From Acidimicrobiia bacterium (GTDB taxonomy: Bacteria > Actinomycetota > Acidimicrobiia > IMCC26256 > JAGPDB01): 64,000 nucleotides of DNA. Below are positions 47,646 through 55,041 of the stretch, piece by piece (the first letter of the stretch is position 1; every line of letters begins with the position of its first letter). The notes beneath the pieces were generated by a model that did not search any database, had not been told where the DNA came from, and saw nothing but the letters and a program-made list of their open reading frames with translations. A program made the position numbers and the translations under genes. Where the stretch lies: the NCBI GenBank assembly GCA_018057765.1, contig JAGPDB010000004.1, positions 12,691 through 76,690 of the forward strand. The letters run 5' to 3'.

Positions 47646-48056
47646 ATAGATAATTTTGAAGGTATATTAAAAGCTGATCGTGATTTAATCGAGATCATTG
47701 TTAGTGCTGCCCAAGATAAAAAAGCCCAAAGTATTCAAGTATATGACGTAGGTAATATTATTGGTATTGCTCAGTACTTTGTTGTTTGTTCTGCAAATAA
47801 TGACCGTTTAGTATCAACAATTGTAGATTCAATTTTGCGTAAAGCTCGTGAAGGTTCGTATCATAGTGTCGGCCTTGAAGGTGACAAACAAAAAGAGTGG
47901 GTTCTAATCGATTTCGGCTCCATAGTTGTTCATGTTTTTCTTAATGATATTCGCGAATACTATCGTATAGAACGATTGTTCAAAGATTGTAAAAAGTATA
48001 GTTTCGAATCTGAGCAAATACAAAAAGGTGATGAAGAATCTATAGTTGCATATTAG
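47646..48056 (+). CDS. rsfS: Ribosomal silencing factor RsfS (Iojap-like); apparent non-canonical (ATA) start
   Basis: The ORF track starts at TTG 47835 (73 aa). The same frame is open back to stop TAA 47640 and encodes the conserved RsfS N-half (AAQDKKAQSIQVYDVGNIIGIAQYFVVCSANNDRLVSTIVDSI). GAGGAG at 47634-47639 precedes ATA ATA at 47643/47646. Confidence 0.7.
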   Translation: MDNFEGILKADRDLIEIIVSAAQDKKAQSIQVYDVGNIIGIAQYFVVCSANNDRLVSTIVDSILRKAREGSYHSVGLEGDKQKEWVLIDFGSIVVHVFLNDIREYYRIERLFKDCKKYSFESEQIQKGDEESIVAY

Positions 48057-48184
48057 AAAATTTGTAGCTTCCACTATATACCTATTAACAAAAAAATGTT
48101 GCAGTATCTTGCAAGCACGCAACGAATATTATTTGCTTTTATATAGAGTTGTGTCGATAATAAAGATAACCGAAGGAGGTTATC

Positions 48185-48400
48185 ATGAAAACAGATATGT
48201 TAAACAAACTTGTTACATTACTGTTGGTTATCGGCGGACTTAACGTGGGTATAACTCAAGTTACGAAAACCAATTACTTAGAAAAACTATTAGGAGGAGG
48301 CACAACATTACCAGGTGTGCTCTATGTCATAATTGGCGTAGCTGCATTACTGGGCTTGTACCATTTGCTTGATGAAACAATGCATCACAGCACCCACTAA
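48185..48400 (+). CDS. DUF378-family small membrane protein
   Basis: 71 aa with two TM helices. LLVIGGLNVGI and YVIIGVAALLGLY fit the DUF378 pattern. A strong SD (GAAGGAGG) precedes it. Confidence 0.65.
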   Translation: MKTDMLNKLVTLLLVIGGLNVGITQVTKTNYLEKLLGGGTTLPGVLYVIIGVAALLGLYHLLDETMHHSTH

Positions 48401-48420
48401 TAGATACCATCCATTCAATT

Positions 48421-48451
48421 ATGACCTCGAGAAATCGGGGTCATTTTTTAT
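48421..48451 (+). terminator. Rho-independent terminator after the DUF378 gene
   Basis: atgacctcg-agaaat-cggggtcat forms a 9-bp stem (one G-U pair) followed by TTTTTTA. Confidence 0.7.
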
Positions 48452-48479
48452 GCTTATTATTTTATATTAGACTCAGAAA

Positions 48480-49601
48480 ATGGAAAAATTGCGGATAGGA
48501 ATTATTGGAACTGGAATAGGTCTGCGACAAATTGCGCCGGGTTTTTTAAAAACTGGTCAAGTGGAAATTACTGCAGTTAGCGGAAGTAGCATCGATCGTA
48601 CACTTCTACATGTTCAAGAAAGTGCTATTGCTGGAAACAATGGTGTTGAATCAAATGATCTTTTAGTCACAGACGATTTTAAAAAAGTTTGTGATAGTAA
48701 CGATGTAGATCTAATATGTGTAACGACACCTAATGAATTCCATATTGAACAAATGGCGTATGCCTTAAATACTGACAAGCATATTCTCTTAGAAAAGCCA
48801 GTAGGTATGACTAAGCGAGAAACTGAAGACTTGGTAAAATTGCAAGGTAGCAAAAATCGTTTAGTAGTGGTCGATCATCAACTCCGTTTTAATCCTTATT
48901 TTGTGAAAATAAAGAAGCTAATAGAACACGGCAATATAGGGAAACCATATTATATTTCTATAAACCATGCTTCTCCCTGGATCATGGATAATAAACATGA
49001 TTATTTATGGTCATTAGATAAAGAACTTGGTGGGGGTGTGAGACTTGCTTTGGGTATTCATCTCATAGATCTGGTTCGGTTTTTTCTTGGGTGTGAACCA
49101 TATGCTGTTAGCGCAACATTGAATAATATTTTTTATACATACAATCCTATAGGATCAAAAGAATTTAATTCCCAGGTTTCTCTTTATTTTTCTGCTAATT
49201 TAAATTTTCCAGAATGTGATGTTGTTCTATCTAATAGTGCTGTCTCGCATAGCGGTTATCAATTCGATATGATGATCCGCGGAGATCAGGGTGAGATTGG
49301 CTTTAATCTAAAAGATAATGCCATATTTTATAAAAATAATAAAGACGGAGAAAAAATTATTAGTGATGATGCGACAAAAGAATATGACTTGCTCGGTGGA
49401 AATACAATATTCTGGAACTCATTCACATATTACGCACAAATTATTGTTGATGCTATACAAAATGGCGATAATAAAATAGTAAATGCTTCAGGCTTGGATG
49501 ATGCAATTAAAAATATGACAGTACTTGATGCAATGATGACATCTAGCCAAAATGGTACTCGCGAACTATTAGGTGAATGGCCAAAAAATCAATATTCTTA
49601 A
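48480..49601 (+). CDS. Gfo/Idh/MocA-family NAD(P)-dependent oxidoreductase
   Basis: 373 aa. The N-terminal Rossmann motif is LRIGIIGTGIGLRQ, and LLEKPV is the EKP motif. Confidence 0.8.
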   Translation: MEKLRIGIIGTGIGLRQIAPGFLKTGQVEITAVSGSSIDRTLLHVQESAIAGNNGVESNDLLVTDDFKKVCDSNDVDLICVTTPNEFHIEQMAYALNTDKHILLEKPVGMTKRETEDLVKLQGSKNRLVVVDHQLRFNPYFVKIKKLIEHGNIGKPYYISINHASPWIMDNKHDYLWSLDKELGGGVRLALGIHLIDLVRFFLGCEPYAVSATLNNIFYTYNPIGSKEFNSQVSLYFSANLNFPECDVVLSNSAVSHSGYQFDMMIRGDQGEIGFNLKDNAIFYKNNKDGEKIISDDATKEYDLLGGNTIFWNSFTYYAQIIVDAIQNGDNKIVNASGLDDAIKNMTVLDAMMTSSQNGTRELLGEWPKNQYS

Positions 49602-49859
49602 AATATTAGTGAATAGATTTATTCTTTGTGCTTTTAAAAGTTATTAAAAGAGAAGTATAAATAATCGATGCCACCATGCCCAAAATAAAACTTAAAATTG
49701 AATTGATATTGGTTAAAGTTTCATAAATGATAGTTAAAAAGAAAAGTGAACCAAACTATGCCAGAAACATATGTTCTTTCAATGAAGAAAGGTAGTAGTA
49801 AATTTATAACAAAATTCACAATGTGATTCTAATTTAATTTATGGATAACTTAATAAGCT

Positions 49860-50108
49860 CTAGAAACCTATTCCAATTGTAGCTGGTGGCGGAACCGATG
49901 TTGTTATAGTTGTCATTTGTGGTTCATCTAATGGCTGACCAATGGTTGGTGAGCTCATAGTGACAGCTGGTGTATTAGGTTGGCGGCCTATCGGTGTTGG
50001 TGCCTCAGATGTTTGACCACCTAATACAAAAAATCCGCTACAACCACCTAATAACATGCTCAAAGCGGTTGGAGCTACTCTTTGCAAATTTTTCTTTAAC
50101 TTAGACAT
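49860..50108 (-). CDS. Small putative lipoprotein, Pro/Thr-rich
   Basis: 82 aa. MSKLKKNLQRVAPTALSMLLGGCSG is a lipobox-like LLGGC. The mature part is P/T/G-rich. I recognise no family. Confidence 0.45.
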   Translation of the reverse strand: MSKLKKNLQRVAPTALSMLLGGCSGFFVLGGQTSEAPTPIGRQPNTPAVTMSSPTIGQPLDEPQMTTITTSVPPPATIGIGF

Positions 50109-50184
50109 ATAATACCTCTCTTAGAAACACCCTTATTAGTGCAATTATGGACAAATAGCAAATAGCGGATATAGACGCTTTTTG

Positions 50185-50193
50185 TGTTATAAT
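50185..50193 (+). promoter_or_regulatory. Extended -10 promoter element (TGtTATAAT) upstream of the 155-aa ORF
   Basis: tgttataat lies 35 nt upstream of ATG 50228, with AAGGAGA as the RBS at 50214-50220. Confidence 0.4.
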
Positions 50194-50227
50194 TCATGTA
50201 TAAATAAATCGTTAAGGAGAATATTTT

Positions 50228-50695
50228 ATGACTGATAATAAAGATAATTCTGATGTAGCTGACATTGATTCATCTAATGACTATCGTGATCTATTCAAAA
50301 AGTACCCTGCTTTGCACGATATGTATCTTGAATTATTGTGCAATGTTCCTCTTGATGACAAACTCTTGGATTTTATAGATAATGTATTCTTGACACTACA
50401 GTCTCGTTTAAACTTTGATCCTGGTGATTATCAGGGAGCTACCCCTGATGATCTAACGAATGCTATAAAACCTGAATACATCTATTTGTGTAAACACCTT
50501 TTGACCGTGGATAAATCAGTTATTGGTGAATTTGTAAAATCTGGATTATTAGATCTTAATGGTATCTATAAAGAAATAACAGGGGATGATTCAAATCCAG
50601 ACGATATCCAAAAAGCAATAACTAATCTAGGCGAGGAGCGCGGTATCTCTGCACTCATTAATCCTGTGCCAGGTAGCCCAGGACTAGGTATATAA
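50228..50695 (+). CDS. Hypothetical small acidic cytoplasmic protein
   Basis: 155 aa, very Asp/Glu-rich, with no TM helix. It carries helix-cap motifs ATPDDLTNAI and SNPDDIQKAI. It converges on the 1029-aa gene with a 19-nt gap. Confidence 0.5.
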   Translation: MTDNKDNSDVADIDSSNDYRDLFKKYPALHDMYLELLCNVPLDDKLLDFIDNVFLTLQSRLNFDPGDYQGATPDDLTNAIKPEYIYLCKHLLTVDKSVIGEFVKSGLLDLNGIYKEITGDDSNPDDIQKAITNLGEERGISALINPVPGSPGLGI

Positions 50696-50714
50696 GGATT
50701 TTTTAGTTCTTAAT

Positions 50715-53700
50715 TTAGCAACCGACCGAATTAAGTAATGCGCTACTTTTAGGGCTAGTGGGAGTTCTTAGGAAACTTGCAGTTTCATTTCCTGGCCTGT
50801 TGAGAAAATCGGTAAGAGGACTTTCAAGAGGAGTTTCTCCATTTTTGTAACCTGCTAACGCCCTTCTTGATGTTCTGGTTAATCTACATGCATTGCCATT
50901 GGCAGTTGACACTGCCAATAGTGGAGCTTGTGTCTCTGGTAATCCCACGCTGTTCGCACCTGGTATTTGTCCACCAGTTATTAGTTCTGAGAAAGTTGTA
51001 CTAGTACCTATAAATGTACTGTTTCCTATAAACGAGGCACCGGGTTGTTTCGATTTGCCAACAACGTCCGGGCCACCTTGGTCTGATGGAAATAAATCAG
51101 CCTTTGAGCCATCAGGGTTGGTACAAGTATCATTTATGACATAGGCAGTTCTTATTTCAAACCATTGTTCTTCTCCATCATTTCTTCCACCTCCATTGGC
51201 AGTTGCCTGTACATTACATTCTGCTGTAATAACCTTTTCAGTCATTACAGGGCTAGGATCATTTGAGTATTCATGGAAAGTTAATTCTAACCTAAAATTT
51301 GTATTGTTAATATTTTCATCTTGAGCTATAGGTTTACTATTTATTATATCTCTAATGGCTGACATAGCTTTGTGCATATTTTGCTTCGCGTAGCCAGGAT
51401 TAGATTCATCAAGAAATGCGGTGTGGCCAGGATATTGGTAACGTCCTTGGCTAGCAAGCCTTGCATCCTTTTTATTTCCCTTGGCTATATGCCTAGCACT
51501 CCAATCGGTAAAATATGTACGACAGACCTTAAGCTTTCCGTTTGATGTTCGTTTGCCCTTTTTAGCTTCCACGCTTTGATAGATCGTAACTCCAACTAAT
51601 TTTGGTGGATTTCTACACGCATCAGGAGAATCGTCATCTTTCTCATTCTCAGGTTTCCAGTCTGTTTCCGCCGCTGGTTTAGTCCGAGGAGGTGTTTCTG
51701 TTATTACGGGAGGATTAGGATTTTCTATGGGTGGTGGCGTGGGGTATGGTTCTGGTTCTGGTTTTGGTTCTGGATCAGGTTTTGGGGTAGGATCAGGTTT
51801 TGGGGTAGGATCAGGAGTAGTGTCTATTCCGCCTTCGCCGTAAACGTCGTAAGTTGGATTATTTTTAGGTGGCGCTGGTGCTGGTTTTACTCTAGGTTTC
51901 TTCTTTACTTTAGGTTCTTGTTCCTTTTGTCGCGCCCGTTCTAAAGTGTCAATTTGTTCAGGGGTTGTACCCAGCCATGCGCTAGTTACTTTACCAACAT
52001 CACCATCTACTTTTATTCCAACTTTTTCTTGGAAGCCTTTAATAGCATCGATTGCTTCAACGCCTTCAGTGATTGGGAAACCATGTACGGCTAGTCTTCG
52101 ATTGATATATTCATTTTGAATATCTTCTGGAGGTCTGTCCAGCTGGGCGCGAGTTTTAGGGCCGATATCGCCATCTGGTTCTAGTCCAGCTTTTTCTTGG
52201 AAACCTTTAATAGCATCGACGTCTGGCGATCCATTACTTCCTGTCGGAAAACCTTGATCCCCAAGCCGTGCTACATCAATTTCTGCTCTAGTGGGAGGTG
52301 GTGGTATTTGTGGCGCAGGTTGGGCTGTTCTTGGTTGAGCTGTTTGTGGTTGAGCGATAGATGTTCCATCTCGACCCGATGGGCCTTCTGCTAGTTTCGC
52401 TCGAGTCTGAGGGCCAGCCTTACCGTCTACTTGCAGTCTGTGGTTTCTTTGGAAAAATTTTATTGATCGTGTATATGCTGCTAAATCATTTCCTCCACCC
52501 AAAATATTAAAATCGCCGAGTTTCCATTGGACCCATGGGTCGATCCCAGTACCGTTTGCAGCAGGAGCTTGTGATGAAGTTGTTGCACTACTAGCTGCTT
52601 TGGCTTGATCAAGTGCTGCTTGAGTATTTTGGCCAACTATACCGTCTTGTGGTAGTCCAGCATCTTCTTGGAATCTTTTTACTATATCAACTTCTTCTTG
52701 AGTGGGTGGTGTACCAGGTGTAGCTGACGGCTTAGAAGCTGGAGCAGGAGCAGGAGCTGGAGCATCAGTATTAGCAGCTGCAGCTTCAGCAGCTTGAACC
52801 CTTGCAGCACCGGCCTGTCTAATTAACGTTTCTAAAGCTTGTACAGTTTGAGGGTTAGGGTTTGGTGCACTCTGTGAAGGTACTAATTGTCCCTCAGGTG
52901 GAATGACATTACTAACCCGATTTGAGACATTTTGCAAATCCCCCAAGGTGCGGGCACCCGTATCAAGTTCTTGACCGCCACTATCTTTTGCCAATTTGTA
53001 TAGTCTGTCTACTTCCTCTCGGTCAATTCTGGCGTTACCGTTTTTCGGAAGACAAACAGCGCTAGCTTGACTGGCGCATTCTTGACTGGCTAAGGCTTCT
53101 GATGACGGACCAGGAGGTCCTTGGTCAAAAACAGTTTGTGCATCAGCAAGCATAGCGCCAGTTAAAACAAGCGGCGCGGCAAGAGCTGTTGCTCCAGCCG
53201 CTGGTGCAGCAGCTACTACTGGTGCGGCACCAACAATTGTTTCAGTGAGTCCTGGCACAGCCGCTGGTGATCCCTCGAATCCCTTATCCGGGTGGTTCGC
53301 TTCATAACTACTTGGATCCACTAAGGGATAAGGCGTTTCGGTTTCGTGATAACTTCCTGGGTCTTCAGGAGGATCAATTACTAGGCCACCTGTGACTGGC
53401 TTATTTCCAGTGTCCTGAGGTATTGTTCCTGTATATGGTCCTTTGTGGCCAAGCGCCGCATTTGTTTCCTCTACTGTTTGTGGAGCTCCATCGGATTCAT
53501 AAACCATAATTGTCTCAGCATTAGGTTTAGGGTTTGGATTAGGGTTTCCAGCGCTAGCTACCGGTGGGCCTTGTTGTGTTACAGATTCTAGAGATGTTTC
53601 GGATGCGCTAGCTGGGGAAGCTGTTACTGTATTGACACCAGCTAAACCTGAGGCAACAACGGTAACTGCTGTTACTGTTTTGCCTGCAGTATCCGCTAGC

Positions 53701-53804
53701 TTTCCAGTTCGTAATCCGGAAGCTGCAACCGCTGAAGTAATACCGTCACCTTGTGCTAAATCTTTTAATGCGCTTCTTTTCAATTTCCTTGTATGTTTAG
53801 ACAT
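50715..53804 (-). CDS. Giant envelope protein: N-terminal signal/anchor, Pro/Ala-rich low-complexity region, 4 PG_binding_1-like modules, Pro/Thr linker, ~315-aa Cys-containing C-terminal domain of unknown function
   Basis: 1029 aa. The hydrophobic N-region is VTAVTVVASGLAGVNTVTASPASA. The PG-binding-like repeats are VKRFQEDAGLPQDGIVGQNTQAAL, IKFFQRNHRLQVDGKAGPQTRAKL, IKGFQEKAGLEPDGDIGPKTRAQL and IKGFQEKVGIKVDGDVGKVTSAWL. The linker is PDPTPKPDPTPKPDPEPKPEPEP. Confidence 0.7.
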   Translation of the reverse strand: MSKHTRKLKRSALKDLAQGDGITSAVAASGLRTGKLADTAGKTVTAVTVVASGLAGVNTVTASPASASETSLESVTQQGPPVASAGNPNPNPKPNAETIMVYESDGAPQTVEETNAALGHKGPYTGTIPQDTGNKPVTGGLVIDPPEDPGSYHETETPYPLVDPSSYEANHPDKGFEGSPAAVPGLTETIVGAAPVVAAAPAAGATALAAPLVLTGAMLADAQTVFDQGPPGPSSEALASQECASQASAVCLPKNGNARIDREEVDRLYKLAKDSGGQELDTGARTLGDLQNVSNRVSNVIPPEGQLVPSQSAPNPNPQTVQALETLIRQAGAARVQAAEAAAANTDAPAPAPAPASKPSATPGTPPTQEEVDIVKRFQEDAGLPQDGIVGQNTQAALDQAKAASSATTSSQAPAANGTGIDPWVQWKLGDFNILGGGNDLAAYTRSIKFFQRNHRLQVDGKAGPQTRAKLAEGPSGRDGTSIAQPQTAQPRTAQPAPQIPPPPTRAEIDVARLGDQGFPTGSNGSPDVDAIKGFQEKAGLEPDGDIGPKTRAQLDRPPEDIQNEYINRRLAVHGFPITEGVEAIDAIKGFQEKVGIKVDGDVGKVTSAWLGTTPEQIDTLERARQKEQEPKVKKKPRVKPAPAPPKNNPTYDVYGEGGIDTTPDPTPKPDPTPKPDPEPKPEPEPYPTPPPIENPNPPVITETPPRTKPAAETDWKPENEKDDDSPDACRNPPKLVGVTIYQSVEAKKGKRTSNGKLKVCRTYFTDWSARHIAKGNKKDARLASQGRYQYPGHTAFLDESNPGYAKQNMHKAMSAIRDIINSKPIAQDENINNTNFRLELTFHEYSNDPSPVMTEKVITAECNVQATANGGGRNDGEEQWFEIRTAYVINDTCTNPDGSKADLFPSDQGGPDVVGKSKQPGASFIGNSTFIGTSTTFSELITGGQIPGANSVGLPETQAPLLAVSTANGNACRLTRTSRRALAGYKNGETPLESPLTDFLNRPGNETASFLRTPTSPKSSALLNSVGC
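51772..51815 (-). repeat. 18-bp tandem repeat (about 2.4 copies) encoding the PDPTPK linker
   Basis: ggatcaggttttggggta occurs at 51772 and 51790, with a partial third copy at 51808. Confidence 0.85.
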
Positions 53805-53912
53805 GGTGAATAAGTTACTAAATATATATGTAATTAGTCAAATCACGTTGAAAGCAACATTGACCACAAATAGTATTTATAGTACGATAGTGTATTCAAG
53901 GATGAGGCTTAT

Positions 53913-55004
53913 ATGACATATACAGATAGAAATCGATATTCAAGATTATTTGAGTGTGCTCCAGAACTTAAACGTGCCTCTAATTTTGTGGCAGATAATA
54001 AAGAACAAATACCACTAGAAGTACAGAAAGCATTTCAAGAATTATTAATTAAACTTGATTCTCTTCTAACCGAGAAAAATAACTTAAAAGAACCTATTAA
54101 TGACTGTAATATAGCATATAGCTCATTGTTAGCAGAAATAATTAAAGCACAGCCACACGACAAATCAGGTATTTTAAATGGTTTTAAGGATGCCGGAATT
54201 TACCCTAGCCTGCGATCGGATTCACTGCAAAAAATAAAAGGTATACGCTTTTCTTTTAGAAATAGACGCTTAGCAAAAACTGCTCAAGCACAATCGTGGC
54301 AATCAAATATTCTTTCAGGATTATATCCCGGAAGATTATTGGCAAAAGATATAAAAGACAGAGGAATAAACGGCAATGTTCCAGTTACTGTAGGAGTTGC
54401 TACAGTTGTGATAGCAGCAACATTACTCTACCCGCACGCAGGTAACACTCCTGGCGTTAATACGGGTAGGGTAGCAGCTGAACAATTAGATGATGCCCGC
54501 GTAGCTGTTGGAGATCAAATTGAAACTGTTAACTCAAAAGCAACTATAGATCGTACGGAACTTGAAGCATTTAATGCTGACCTAAAAGAGGCCGATGAGA
54601 GAGCAAAGACCGATGCTTTAATTGACAAACTAATTGCTGAAAAACTTGCTGCAGAAGAATCTGCTAAAAGAGCTCATGATCAAAAAGTTAGGGCAGAAGA
54701 ATCTGCTAGAAAAGCTAATGCTGAAAAACTTGCTGCAGAAAGTAGCCCTATACCTGTGAATGTTCCGACTGCTAAAGCGAACACTCCAAGTAGAAGTGGT
54801 GGTGCCTGTGCCAATTTGCCACCTGGTGTTAGAGAGTCATTAGAAGCTTGGTCCAAAAATGGTAAACTTCTAACTCCAGCGGAACAACGAAATGCAATAA
54901 ATGCTTTCGAAAAAAATGGCACACCAAGACTTGCAAAAGCTCTAGGTGCTGGTGGAAGTCAAGTTAATCCTCAGCTAGTTCTAGCTTGCCTAAGCGTTAA
55001 CTAA
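53913..55004 (+). CDS. Bitopic membrane protein with extracytoplasmic coiled coil (hypothetical)
   Basis: 363 aa. A ~150-aa N-domain is followed by one TM (VPVTVGVATVVIAATLLY). The charged coiled coil is AEKLAAEESAKRAHDQKVRAEESARKANAEKLAAE. The C-terminal ~70 aa contain two Cys. It is divergent from the 1029-aa gene. Confidence 0.55.
   Translation: MTYTDRNRYSRLFECAPELKRASNFVADNKEQIPLEVQKAFQELLIKLDSLLTEKNNLKEPINDCNIAYSSLLAEIIKAQPHDKSGILNGFKDAGIYPSLRSDSLQKIKGIRFSFRNRRLAKTAQAQSWQSNILSGLYPGRLLAKDIKDRGINGNVPVTVGVATVVIAATLLYPHAGNTPGVNTGRVAAEQLDDARVAVGDQIETVNSKATIDRTELEAFNADLKEADERAKTDALIDKLIAEKLAAEESAKRAHDQKVRAEESARKANAEKLAAESSPIPVNVPTAKANTPSRSGGACANLPPGVRESLEAWSKNGKLLTPAEQRNAINAFEKNGTPRLAKALGAGGSQVNPQLVLACLSVN
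54636..54740 (+). repeat. Direct 21-bp repeat (84-bp spacing) inside the coiled-coil coding region
   Basis: gctgaaaaacttgctgcagaa occurs at 54636-54656 and 54720-54740. gaagaatctgcta also occurs twice between them. Confidence 0.8.
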
Positions 55005-55041
55005 TTCTGTTTTTGCCCTGAACTCACTTTGTTAAGCAGTA

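Noticed and set aside
48165-48184. Hairpin gataacc-gaagga-ggttatc overlapping the SD of the DUF378 gene as a translational switch
   Set aside because: It is only a 7-bp stem, and most of the SD is in the loop. No conservation information is available, so it is too weak to propose as a regulator.
50715-53804. Higher G+C of the giant gene as evidence of recent horizontal transfer
   Set aside because: The enrichment tracks Pro/Ala/Gly-rich low-complexity segments, whose codons are GC-rich. The globular C-terminal part looks compositionally closer to the rest of the window. Amino-acid bias is therefore a sufficient explanation without codon-usage statistics.
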